Source of the DNA: Octopus vulgaris
Taxonomy: Eukaryota
NCBI GenBank assembly: GCA_951406725.2
Contig: OX597826.1
Span: forward strand, 80,290,001-80,354,000
Direction: 5' to 3'
DNA: 64,000 bases
The notes beneath the pieces were generated by a model. It was given only the letters and a program-made list of their open reading frames with translations. It ran no database searches and was not told the DNA's origin. Below, one piece after another: positions 14,481 to 26,402 of the stretch. The position numbers were made by a program, and so were the translations under genes. The number at the start of each line of letters is the position of its first letter. The stretch's first letter is position 1.

Positions 14481-14496
14481 TTACTAGTAGTAGTAC

Positions 14497-14551
<55 letters not shown>

Positions 14552-14572
14552 AGTAGTAGTAGTGGTGGTGGT
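14358..14572. repeat. (AAC)(AGC)n(AGT)n(GGT)n compound trinucleotide repeat
   Basis: Direct; source of the poly-Ser and poly-Tyr ORFs. Confidence 0.95.
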
Positions 14573-14815
14573 GAGTTATCTGTGGTGGGAGCGGGTGCGT
14601 TACCGACAGCATCGTAATGTTAGCTTCGTGTTTCTGTAAGGCATCAACTGATTCGTTAAGGGGGAAAGGGTTCGGAGGAGGAAGAGGGGGAGGAGAAGGA
14701 AGGTGGTGGGAGTTGATATATCTACAAAACATGCAATCGGATATATATATGTATATATGTATATGTATATGTGTATGTATATGTGACTATATATATATAT
14801 ATATATATATATATT

Positions 14816-15226
14816 CTCTTTTAATCTTTTACTTGTTTCAGTCATTTGACTGTGGCCATGCTGGAGCACCGCCTTTAGTCGAGCAAACAGAACCCAGGAC
14901 TTATTCTTTGTAAGCCTAGTACTTATTCTATCGGTCTCTTTTGCCGAACCGCTAAGTAAACACGTAAACACACTGGCATCGGTTGTGAAGCATTGTTGGG
15001 GGGGACAAACTCAGATACACAAACATATACACACACACATACATTCATATATATACATATATACGACGGGCTTCTTTCAGTTTCCGTCTACCAAATCCGC
15101 TCACAAGGTTTTGGTCGACCCGAGGCTATAGTAGAAGACACTTGTCCAAGGTGCCACGCAGTGGGACTGAACCCGGAACCATGTGGTTGGTTAGCAAGCT
15201 ACTTACCACGCAGCCACTCCTACGCC
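14816..15226 (-). mobile_element. Full-length tRNA-derived SINE family B with internal (TA/TG)n
   Basis: - strand GGCGTAGGAGTGGCTGCGTGGTAAG (A box), GGTTCAGTCCC (B box), GGCACCTTGGACAAGTGTC, tail TGACTGAAACAAGTAAAAGA. Confidence 0.9.
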
Positions 15227-17283
15227 TATATATATATATATATATAGTTACATACGTGTAAGTACATGTGTGTGCGTGTGTGTATGTATGTGTATATATA
15301 ATGTACATGCGTGTGTGTGCATTTATATATGTCTAACTATGATATGATATAATATAATATATGACTTTTACATCTGTTTTTATGTTTGTGACGGTGTGCA
15401 TGCTCGTGTGTGAAATTCCGTCAAGTCAAGGATATTAATATAAACTACAGCTGTTGTGTACTCTGAACAGGATATAGAGAATAGCCCCACCAAATCTAGA
15501 AACTTGGTATGGAGAGCGGGGATGTGGGTCCGAAAGTCATATCATAACATAGAACATCGTAGATGTTTTATGTTGTGTATATCAAGTATTGTTCATACGA
15601 TTGGAAATGAAAATTGTTTATAGGTTTTGTTGTAAATATAAGATATAATCAAAATCTACCAAACGACAGCTTCGTCACGGCGCCTTGAGAATTTCTACAA
15701 AGCCAAACCGTTCAGTGTTCTGATCCCACATACTGATATATTGAAGAAATATTAAAACACAGATCTTAGCGGAAAACGAAGACGCAGTAGGCCTTCAAAT
15801 AGTTGGATCACGTCTCCTTTAAAATAATAATAGTAAAAAACTAACCTCTTCTCCTTAAACGCTTCAGTGAGTTTCATTCATGGAAATACATATTTCTCCA
15901 AATAGTAACAATGTTTAGGCTGCATGATTATCGATGTGGTAACAAACATACCAAAAGCACGTCCGATGATCGATTTTTAAATCCGAAAGCGACACTGTTC
16001 AAGCTATGTTATTTCTTAGTTAATTTAACTTTATTCCCTATCTATCGAGCTTATTTTTCTATCGATTTATCGGACTCTTTCTCTGCCAATCTACCTATCC
16101 ATTTGTTCATTCGTCCGCCAATCTGCGTATCTCTCAATCCACAGATCTTTCTACTTCTCTCATATATCAATCAAAACACCAACCTACCTCGTTCTCTTCG
16201 GCTGTCAATAGGGTTAAACAACAAACCAGAACTTATAATTTCTGCCATATTATTCTGATATTTTTGTTTAAAACGCTTTCTCGCTCTGCTATAAATCATA
16301 TATAACTGCAAAGACACCATACTTGCAATATGCAACCATATTTATATCAATGTATTCGGTAGAGTGTATAGGCGCGCGTGTGTATATGTGACTATATAAA
16401 CGTGAGTAAGTGTACTCATAATTACAGGGTGACAGTGTTAAGCAGTGAAGCGTATAAATAGAAAATTGTTGCCAGTTCGAATATGCTGCAAACATATTCG
16501 AACCCGCAAGAAGGACGTTCGATGAATTTTGTCATGAGAAAATTTCTCGCTATTTGTCTACAGCGAGAAATTTTCTCCATGACAAAATACAACGAAAAAC
16601 TTTCTTTCTGTTTCGAATAATTCCTCAAGCGTATTTGAACTGGCTACAAGTTTGTATTTGCACACAATAAACATACCTGGGCGCTGACGTTCGGATGGAT
16701 AAACACAGAATATATCTCCACCTTTATCTGTAGGTTAAAATAAATATTTAACACTATTAACTCATCCCTATTACCGCTCAAACTTTTTCTTCTTCATTTA
16801 TCATTCCTATCATGTTTCTGCAACTGTCCTTCGAACTAATTCCACCTGCGCTCTTCCTAAAACACCGCTCCATCATTCAAACTTCCATCCAGGAATTAAT
16901 AGCGACCACCGTCCATCATAATTACTTTTACGTTCCTTCATTTTAGCCAATTGTTCCATCTCCCCCTCCCTCACACCTATCAAATTATATTTGAACCTAA
17001 TGCAGTAGTCCTCACTCAACACCATATATATATATATATACATCCCATCCCATCCCTTAGGACCCCACCCTTGCTTCCCCCACTCTCGCCTCCCCCACAC
17101 CCCACCACCACCACACCATACCACTACACCACACACCACCACACTACACACCACTATACCACAAACCACCAGCGCACACACTAGCACTGACCACTTCCCG
17201 AGCATTAAACTAATACATCTGTTCGTTGTTTACACAGCCGTCTTCGTCTTTTGGGGGTTTTTTTGTAAATTCTTCCGATATGA

Positions 17284-17326
<43 letters not shown>

Positions 17327-17334
17327 AACAGAAA

Positions 17335-17740
17335 TGACTAAGTGGTAAGAAGGTTGCTTCCTAACAACATGCTTTCGGGTTCAGTCTTATGGCGTGGCAC
17401 CTTGGGTAAGTGCCTTCTGTTATAGCCTCGGGTCGACCAAAGTCTCATGAATGGATTTGGTTGAGGGAAACTGAAAGAAGCGCATCGTATATATGTTTGT
17501 GTGTGTGTGTTCGTGTCTTTGTGTCTGAGTTAGTTTCCCACCATCGCTTGGCAGCCGGCGTTGATGTGTGTACGTCTCCGTAGCTTAGCAGTTCGATGGA
17601 AGAGACCGATAGAATAAGTACCAGGCTTTACAAAAAAAATACGTCCTGGGGTCGATTCTTCCGATTAAAACTTCTTCAAAGCGGTGGCCCCAGCTTGGCC
17701 GCAAACTAATGACTGAGACAAGTGAAAGATAAAAGATAAT
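17335..17740 (+). mobile_element. SINE family B, near full length
   Basis: Co-linear with the reverse complement of 14816-15226. Confidence 0.85.
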
Positions 17741-17797
17741 AGATGTGTATGTTCACGCACACGAACACAGACAGCCATTCATCCAAATAAATAAATA

Positions 17798-17990
17798 TAT
17801 AGGGAGAATTCACAAAAAAACAAACAAACAAAAGACGAAAACATGTGGTGTAGAGAACAAATAGATGTATTAGTTTAACGCTCGGGAAGTGAGAAAGTCT
17901 TTGACGTTTCGAGCCTAAGTTCTTCGACAGAAAGGAACACAGAAAGAAACAAGGAGAGAAAATAAAGAATGCGTAGTGGCTAACGATCTA
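17798..17990 (-). mobile_element. Penelope-like terminal fragment with minimal hammerhead-like motif (17899-17934)
   Basis: - strand CTTT-CTGTCGA-A-GAAC-TTAG-GCTC-GAAAC-GTC-AAAG; close relative of 44750-44975; next to (TA)n. Confidence 0.7.
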
Positions 17991-18005
17991 TGCATATACA
18001 TATAT

Positions 18006-18133
<128 letters not shown>

Positions 18134-18192
18134 ATATATACATGTATGCATACATACATATATACATATATACATGTATGCATATACATACG

Positions 18193-18239
<47 letters not shown>

Positions 18240-18244
<5 letters not shown>

Positions 18245-18497
18245 TCAGCAAAATTTAGATTCAGATGAATATGGTACTTAAGTTAAAGGCACTAGAATTT
18301 TGTATGGTATTATCCATATAAATCAAATGGGGTGATTATAATCAAAATAAGCAACAAGGATATCCAAGGTAGAGTAGTACAATTGTTTCATGCTTCTTCA
18401 TTTTATTAAACACTGTAAGTATTACATCAGTTTTAAACTGCCAGCATGAGACAATTGTACTACTCTACCTGGGATATACTTGTTGCTTATTTTGATT

Positions 18498-18500
<3 letters not shown>
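18240..18500. repeat. Inverted repeat (arms 18337-18394 and 18443-18500), probably PLE-derived
   Basis: TATAATCAAAATAAGCAACAAG..GTAGAGTAGTACAATTGT versus its reverse complement; flanked by (TA)n. Confidence 0.85.
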
Positions 18501-18564
<64 letters not shown>

Positions 18565-19235
18565 GATATATTGTGGAATGGAGTATGGAAATGATTACCT
18601 TAACACTAATTTTTCTTCTTTTACAACTTCGCTACTGTGCTGCAAAAGCTCAATGAGTTATACAGTCATTAAGATTGTGCAATATCACAAAACTACCACA
18701 AAACTACCACAACCCGCTTACATAGTCTATACTTAGCTTTCGTAAGCAATTCTCAAATTTACGAACTTTTCGTTTAAATATTCAGCACCCTCCTCGATAT
18801 AATCGAATTTTGAGAAATTTCAAGATAATCAAACATGATAACCTGCCTTCCATTCGTATTCCCAAGACTAGAACACGGCAGATGGTCCGTCTTTCATGAT
18901 CATACTTTTCTAGCAACAAGTTATCAATCGTTATAAATTCGTTGAATGAAGAATGATGAGTTGTGAAGCCATTGCAAGTATAAAAGTGAATGATTTCATC
19001 TACGTCAGGGGGTCGGCCTCATAAGACAGAGAGTAGTCGTCTGTAGCGAACGGATCGTCTAGCCCCACTCCCCTAAAATTTCAGGCCTTGTGCCTAGAGT
19101 AGAAAGCAATACTATTATTACTATTGTTGTTGTAATTATTATTATAGATGCTGTTATTATTGTTGCCATTGTTATTATTTTTCTTCTTACTATTATTTAT
19201 GCTGTTGTCGCTGTTGTTGTTGTTGCTGCTGTTGT

Positions 19236-19580
19236 GTTGAGCGAACGGTCTTCGTCCCAGAGCTAACAAGATGGAAGAAGTCCGAAACGTTGTCCTTTGC
19301 TATTCGTAAGACCCGCAGAAGAGAAAGCAGGTCAACCCCCGACACCGAGAGCATCGATGGCTGAATGCGCATCCAGGCTCAGCGGTTGCGTAGGAAGTCG
19401 GGGACAAGAAACAGGAAGAAAGAGTAAGAGAACGTTGGGGCGAAAGAGTACAACAGGGGTCGCCTCGTGGAGCTTTAGGTTTTTCGCTCAATAAACACAC
19501 ACAACGCCAGGTCTGGGAATCGAAACCGCGATCCTCCGACCGCGAGTCCGCTGCTCTAACCACTGGGCCATTGCGCCTCC
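19236..19580 (-). mobile_element. Full-length tRNA-derived SINE family C
   Basis: - strand GGAGGCGCAATGGCCCAGTGGTTAGAGCAGCGGACTCGCGGTCGGAGGATCGCGGTTTCGATTCCC tRNA head; (CAA/CAG)n tail. Confidence 0.88.
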
Positions 19581-19935
19581 TGTTGTTGCTGCTGTCTGTG
19601 TTAGACGTGTATCGTATTGCTTTTGAAGGTTTGTTAATTTTTGTTGAATATAATCTATTTGTTGCTGTGAATCTTTGTTGAAGATTTAAGATAAAGACCC
19701 TAATTCACTGAGTGGAAAGGGGGCCACTGCCCCTTGTTTTCTCCGATACATTTTTTCTTTTAGCCTTCGGGACAGTTTCTCACTGCTATCAAGCCTCCAT
19801 TTGATCCTCATCTTCAAAAGACTATAGGATAATACTAGAGGGGCTCTTACCACTGAGGATCAGCTATTTTATCGTTCAACTCTCAGCCCAGCAATTAGTA
19901 GGACCCTAGAAAACAGAGTTTTGAGAGCTTCGTTG

Positions 19936-20033
19936 CTGCATCTGTTTTACTTGGCGGGTATATTTCTTTCCTTTTCCAACATCCCTGCATCTGTTTTACT
20001 TGGCGGGTATATTTCTTTCCTTTTCCAACATCC
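19936..20033 (+). repeat. Perfect 49-bp tandem duplication
   Basis: CTGCATCTGTTTTACTTGGCGGGTATATTTCTTTCCTTTTCCAACATCC occurs twice head to tail. Confidence 0.95.
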
Positions 20034-20641
20034 CTGGGTAGAAAGCACTCAAGTGGACTTTGTATCTTTCACAATCAGTTTAACTGTTGATTTTTTTTCT
20101 TCTTTTCTTTCAAACTCCATCATGGATCACGATTCCATTGTTGTCTTTATAATGGAAAAGGTGAGTTATGAAAACTCCACCACATTGTTATCTCTCATGT
20201 TACCTGCCATCCACCAATACTGCGAAGATGGGGAAAACCAAGAAGCAACGTCTCTACCAACCTTCCTGGCTACCACTGTGTATTGTGGTTCATCATTGAA
20301 GGAGGCCAGAGCCTCGCGTCATGGTTAGCCTTATAAAACAGACATATGCATCCAGACCCTGCGTCAGTTGATAGAAACGACCATACATCATCCAGATAAC
20401 TTCCAATCGCTCTTTTGAGATCACATGAAAACTGCCCGCGTTTTTTTTAACAAAACAGAGATGTGATACTTTCTTGTAGCCTGTTCTTCGAGGTGTTTCT
20501 CGGCGAAGAAGGGTTCCGTTACCATGTAATATGCCCCTTCCTTCTGTCTCTTCTCCGTGGAACCTACCAATATTTAACGTTTCTATTCGGTTAGCCACAC
20601 AATTATTTATAATCATCATCATCATTATCATCATTATTATT

Positions 20642-21070
20642 AGGCGGCGAGCTGGCAGAAACGTTAGCACGCCGGGCGAAATGAGTAGTCGTATTTCATC
20701 TGCCGTTACGTCCTGTGTTCAAATCCCTCTGAGGTCGACATTGCCTTTTATCCTTTCGGGGCCGATAAATTAAGTACCAGTTACGCGCTGGGGTCGATTT
20801 TGCTTTTCATCCTTTCGGGGTCGATTAAATAAGTACCAGTTACGCACTGGGGTCGATGTAATCTACTTAATCCGTTTGTCTGTTCTTGTTTGGATAAATT
20901 GAGTACCAGTTGCGTACTGTGGTCAAGGTAATCGACTATACCCCTCCCCCAGATTTCAGGCCTTAAGTCTATAGTAGAAAGAATTATCGTTGTTACTAAG
21001 GGCGGCGAGCTGGCAGAATCGTTAACAGGCTGGAAAAAATTGTTATGCATGACTTTTGGTTCTGAGTTTG
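20642..21070 (+). mobile_element. Cluster of family A SINEs with internally reiterated central segment
   Basis: TAAGTACCAGTTACGCRCTGGGGTCGAT-like block appears three times; second head at ~20999. Confidence 0.85.
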
Positions 21071-21665
21071 GTTCGGCTATCTCCCTTCCCCTCACCGAGT
21101 TTCCAACCGTGTAGCTATAATAAAAAGGATTAGATTATTATTATTATTATATATTTTCACCTATGGAAACTTGGATGAGTTGAAGTACAAAAGTTTCCAT
21201 TTATAAAAATGTTTGTTTCTGAAATTGTGCATTTCTGAAAGTGTGAATGTGCGTTTGAACAAACATGTCTGCCGATAGATTTTTACTTCTTGTTTATTCA
21301 ATTTGTATGTTCATGTTAATGTTATTATCGTCTTTCTAGAAGCGTCTTTATACCGCCTCCTCCGTAATTTTTTATGATGGCAAAACAATTCAAAATATTA
21401 GAAAGTGCTTTTCTCCCTCAAATGTGAGAAAAACCAGGAAACGACTCTTTGTGGTTTTGCGTGTCGTCTCCATATACAAACACAACACAAATAAGATCTA
21501 ATTTGGAAAGCAATGCAATTTTTTTTTTAATTCATGGGCTGGCAAAGGACACGCGCGATCGTTGTAGACGTTTCCAACATCAACGACAAAAACAATAGCA
21601 ATAACAAAAATAACAAGAACATCAACAATAACAACAGCAACAACAACAACAACAACAACAAAAGC

Positions 21666-21704
<39 letters not shown>

Positions 21705-21705
<1 letters not shown>

Positions 21706-22272
21706 TGATGCAGTATATGCCCTGATGCAGTACCAGGCAATGGCTCTCATGGCTTCTGATCTTAACTGATTGGAAGTGTTATCATGTACATTGTTTTGTC
21801 TTGGTATAAAAGATGGGCTACAGCAAATATTCTGCTCAATACCACAGATTTGCTTGTCAGTTGTTTGACCTTAACCAGTTGAGCATGTCCCTTAGTGGCT
21901 GACGATATGTGCATCTCTGATCACGACCAGAAGTAGTGGGGGAGCATCATAGCCATGTGTTGAGAGGGATTCTTTGGGGTTTGAATAATTCACCACTGGA
22001 AACATGGGTGGTTCTTTCAACATCCTTAAACAACCCTTATTCAGGGACCGTTTGAGCGGGATGGGCTACTCAACCTGAAGAAAATTCTAACTGGGCCCCA
22101 CCTGCAAGGTCATGTGCTGTTTATCTTGATATGAGATCACCATGCCGCGCACATATGGTTGTGATGCATGTGCCTGGTGTACCCTTATCAGACGGGTTGT
22201 CATGATGGGTATATTGGGCTTCGTATATTTTACCCCAGTGTCACTTTGATGGCATGAACTGCTCTCTCACTC
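21705..22272 (+). mobile_element. Probable 3' UTR of an (AAT)n-associated non-LTR retroelement
   Basis: ~570-bp complex block bounded by (AAT)n on both sides, ending CTCTCTCACTC-(AAT)n; no ORF; identity inferred from context. Confidence 0.5.
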
Positions 22273-22327
<55 letters not shown>

Positions 22328-22329
<2 letters not shown>

Positions 22330-22622
22330 TCAGATACCAGGAAACTCAAAAATGGCAGAAATTCAAAAAATAATGCTCATGGGGACTGATTGTGTGGCTA
22401 TCCTACGCAAAATACTTTCTATGTAATCTCAAGTTTTAAAATATACATAATTTTCGTATGTTTTTTTTTTTTAGACATTCACTAGTACAACACTAAATAC
22501 AAAACCAAATATATGGCACACTAGGCATAACAACAACATGAACTTCCAACCTGTTGTCTCTTGAGGTCTCTGGGTGAGACTTGGAGCCAACTTGTACAAA
22601 TGTAAAGCAAAAGTCAAACATA

Positions 22623-22623
<1 letters not shown>
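22328..22623 (+). mobile_element. 5'-truncated R4/Dong-like element (end of ORF plus 3' UTR)
   Basis: Co-linear with 23761-24043; flanked by (AAT)n. Confidence 0.85.
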
Positions 22624-22709
<86 letters not shown>

Positions 22710-22711
<2 letters not shown>

Positions 22712-23060
22712 TATTTTATTGGCCACAAGGGCTAATATAAAGATACATTGAAGGACATAACACAACATAAAAGACAACACAAGACGAGACAAAGGGTTTT
22801 CACATCCAACGTAAGAAGTAAAACCCCTAATAGGAGGAGGAGGGCATTTTAAAGGTTACTCGTGGAAAAACTTACAAAAAACCACGGTTTTGTGATTAAC
22901 AGGGCAAGAGCCCTTCTCCTTTTATTCTTTTTACAGGTGTATTCTCAGAATTGGTCCATACATACTGTCTATTTTCCCGACATCCACCCACCTTTCAACA
23001 AATTTACTAGCAGACAACACTTCCCTCTCCACCCTCACTTTCCTTTTCAAGTGAAACTTG
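22710..23060 (-). mobile_element. 3' end of a Tx1/L1-like LINE
   Basis: - strand KFHLKRKVRVEREVLSASKFVERWV..* followed by a 3' UTR ending CCCTTGTGGCCAATAAAATAA next to (TTA)n. Confidence 0.55.
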
Positions 23061-23072
23061 ATAAAGATAATG

Positions 23073-23136
<64 letters not shown>

Positions 23137-24043
23137 GAGAGCGAATAATGCCGACGTTGACAAAGCTCTTACCCATCAATGGCTAATGGCTTCTGGTTTA
23201 AAATAAAAAACAGAAGGGTTTATCATAGCAGCCCAAGATCAATGCCTCCCTACAAGGAACTACCAGGCCAACATATTAAAGAAAGGCAGCTCCCGAATAT
23301 GTCTTGTATGTCAACAACAAAATGAAACCATTAATCATGTTGTCTCTATGTGCAGTTTCCTTGCGCCTTCAGTCATGATAGAGCTGCACAATATATTCAC
23401 TGGGTGATTTGCAAAAGCCTGGACTTGCCCCATGATAAAAACTGGTGAGAATACAAACCACCCCCGATGCTTGAAAATGACCACATCTCACTCCTCTGGA
23501 ACTTTACCATTCAAACTGAGAGAAAGATAGACGCGAATAGGCCAGACATCATATTGAAAGACTTCAGACAAAAATCATGCCTCCTCATTGATATGACTGT
23601 CCCAATCGATATAAACGTATCTGTCAAGACCTACCAAAAACTGAGCAAATATAAAGATCTTGAAATAGAAATCAGCAAAATGTGGAACCTGAAGACTAAA
23701 ACTAATACCTATTGTCATAGGTACCTTGGGAATGATAGCAAAAGGGGCTGATTGTTACCTAACTCAGGTACCAGGAAACTCCAAAATAGCTGAAATTCAA
23801 AAGATAGTGCTCATGGGAACTGCTCATATCCTACACAAAATACTTTCTTTGTAATCTCAAGTTTTAAAACAAACATAATTTTCTTATGGTTTCTTAAACA
23901 TTCTCTAGAACAACACTATATTCAAAACCAAATATATGGCAACACAGGCATAACACCAACATAAACTTCTAACTTGTTGTCTCTTGAGGTCTCTGGATGA
24001 AACTTGGAGCCAACTTGTACAAATGTAAAGCAAAAGTCAAACA
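23137..24043 (+). mobile_element. 5'-truncated R4/Dong-clade retrotransposon with restriction-like endonuclease (pseudogenised)
   Basis: TEGFIIAAQDQ, CCHC finger CLVCQQQNETINHVVSMC, HD, RPDII..LLIDMTVP, KLSKYKDL, PIVIGTLG; stops and frameshifts; (AAT)n on both sides. Confidence 0.92.
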
Positions 24044-24141
<98 letters not shown>

Positions 24142-24499
24142 CGATGACGATGATGATGATGATGATGATGATGATGATAAGGCGACAAAAAGAGAAGACA
24201 AGGTGGTTGATTTGATCGATCTGAAGTATGAAATCTCACAAGGCCTGCTGTTGAACCGAACATGAGATTTTGGAAAAAGCAGAATGAGGGTAAAAGAGGT
24301 TTTTGTTGTTTATAGTTGTCGGTTTCAGTAATAAGTAATCGTAATATTGGATGTTTAGTAGGTGGTGGTGATGGTGATGGTAATGGAGGGAGAGGGTTGG
24401 TCAATTTGCGAGTGGCGGGAGTAAATATGATTGTTTGTGACTCAAGAAAAGGGAGAAAATATGGTGAGAAAGAATGAATCATTAAATAGCAATTTTAAA

Positions 24500-25090
24500 C
24501 AAGGGTCTTCAGCTATAGCTCCGAGCCAAGCGAGGACTTGTGAGAGGAAATTTGGTCCATGGAAACTGTGTGGAAGTCTGCCTGGTGTCATTATAAGTTT
24601 CATGGTCTGATAGCACAACTGTCGGACTGAGCTTTTATAACATGCTGTGTACACTACTGCAAGCTTTTAGGTGTGTATATGTGCGTGCGTGCGCGCGTGT
24701 GTGTGTACGTGCGTGCGCGTGTGCATGTGCGTGTGCGTGTATGTGTGTTTGTGTGTGTGCGTGCGCTTGTGTGCGTGCGCTTGTGTACGTATGTGTGTGC
24801 CTGAGTGTGTGTGTGCGTGCTTTTGCGTGCTTGTTTGTATATGTGTGTATGTGTGTGTGAGTATGTGTGCGTGTGTTTAACCCCCACACTCACGCACACT
24901 GCTTGACAATAGGTGTTGGTTTGTTTACGTCACCATAACGTAGCGGTTTGGCAAAAGTACGGATATGATAGAGTACCAGATTTAAATGAAGGAGTAGTGA
25001 GGTCGATTTGTTCGACTGAAACCCTTCGAGGCGATGCTGCAGTATGGCCGCGGTCCGATGACTGAAACAAATGAAAGATGAAAGATAAAA
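24500..25090 (+). mobile_element. SINE family B split by an expanded (TG/CG)n tract
   Basis: 5' part ~24500-24580, 3' part ~24880-25090. Confidence 0.7.
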
Positions 25091-25210
25091 AAATATAGGA
25101 ATGGAGGAAGGAGAGAAGAAAAAAAGGCGGGAAGCCAAGAATGAAAGAAACGTTGCTGCTTCGAGAAAGAAATGAAGGAAAGGAAACAAAGACTGAATGA
25201 AAAGCTGAAA

Positions 25211-25275
<65 letters not shown>

Positions 25276-25369
25276 AATGAATAAAACGAAAGCAGTTGAA
25301 AGAGGAAAGGTAAAGGAGAAAAAAAGAGAGAAGGAATCAATGATTAAAATGAAGGATAAAATCATTTTT

Positions 25370-25940
25370 TGTACAAGGCATAGGGGCTGAAATTTTCAGG
25401 GAGTAAATCGATTACGTCGACTCCCTGCTTGATTGGAACTTATTTCATTAAGCCCCGAAAAGTTGAAAGGAAAAGTTGAACTCGGCGAAATTCAACTCAA
25501 AACGTCTTTAGACGGACGAAATGCCGCGAAACATTTTGTCCGGTGCGCTAACGATGCTGCCAGCTCGCCGCCCGCCATATTTTCACTATTCACTTTCTTT
25601 TTGTAATAGGCACAAGGTCTGAAATTTTGGATGAAGGGCTAGTCGATTACATCGACCCCAATGCACAACTGGTACTTATTTTATCAATGAAAAGGAAAGT
25701 CGACGACCGCGGAATTTGTAATAAAGAATGGACCAGTAATTTCTGATTGAGACACAAGTTTTCAAGAGAAGTGGTTAGTTGATACCATGGACCTCACTAT
25801 TTGGCTGTAACTTTATTCTGTTGATCCCGAAAGAACACAAGGCAAAGTCGGCCTCAGAGGGATTCGATCTCAGAACATAAAGGGTCGCAACAAATATTGT
25901 AAAGCATTTTTTCTATTATTCTGTTGTGATTCTGGCAGTT
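25370..25940 (-). mobile_element. Three tandem degenerate family A SINEs
   Basis: Repeated AAAGTCGRCCTCRGMGGRATTYGAWCTCA-like and CACAAGG..TGAAATTTT blocks. Confidence 0.7.
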
Positions 25941-26402
25941 CAGTCGAATGGACAAAAGGAAGCTAAATTCCATTTGGTTTGAATTTCTCCATTTTCCTTT
26001 TGAGAGTCATATAGAGTCGAACCGATCCTCTCCTTTAATGAAACAATTTCATTGGGACAGGCGTATAGCAGTTGAATTAGTCCATTTCCTTAGCACAGAC
26101 TTATAAAAGGTTGAAGGAAATCCCCCAGGAACTTCAGTGGTCAGAGTTAAATAGTTAGGAGAATCTAAAATGTCCTTTCATTAAATGAGGTGAAAACACT
26201 TCAACATTAAATTGAAGCTACATAAGTGACGTGGTTTCTAGAAGCTTTGACCTTTGACTTATAACTCTCTCATCTCAAGTATAAAAACGATAGATTGGAA
26301 AATTTGGTGATGTGCTGAATAGAAAACTAATTTGTAGTATTGAGTTATGTCCTGTTACGTTCTGACATGAAGGTCGCCTTTAAAGTATATTATTTGCGAC
26401 AA

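Noticed and set aside
15640-15960. Possible PLE RT remnant (LPNDSFVTA..IPHTDIL)
   Set aside because: Similarity too weak to call by eye.
19700-20530. ORFs 19921-20328 and 20293-20670, possible host exon or LINE ORF1 remnant
   Set aside because: No recognisable domain; one includes the 49-bp duplication and the other starts in a SINE/microsatellite.
23467-23751. 94-aa ORF as a stand-alone nuclease gene
   Set aside because: It is the REL domain of a truncated retrotransposon with flanking stops and frameshifts.
21580-24178. Repeat-spacer pattern resembling a CRISPR array
   Set aside because: Repeats are variable-length (AAT)n, spacers are 300-900-bp retroelement pieces, no cas genes, eukaryotic context.
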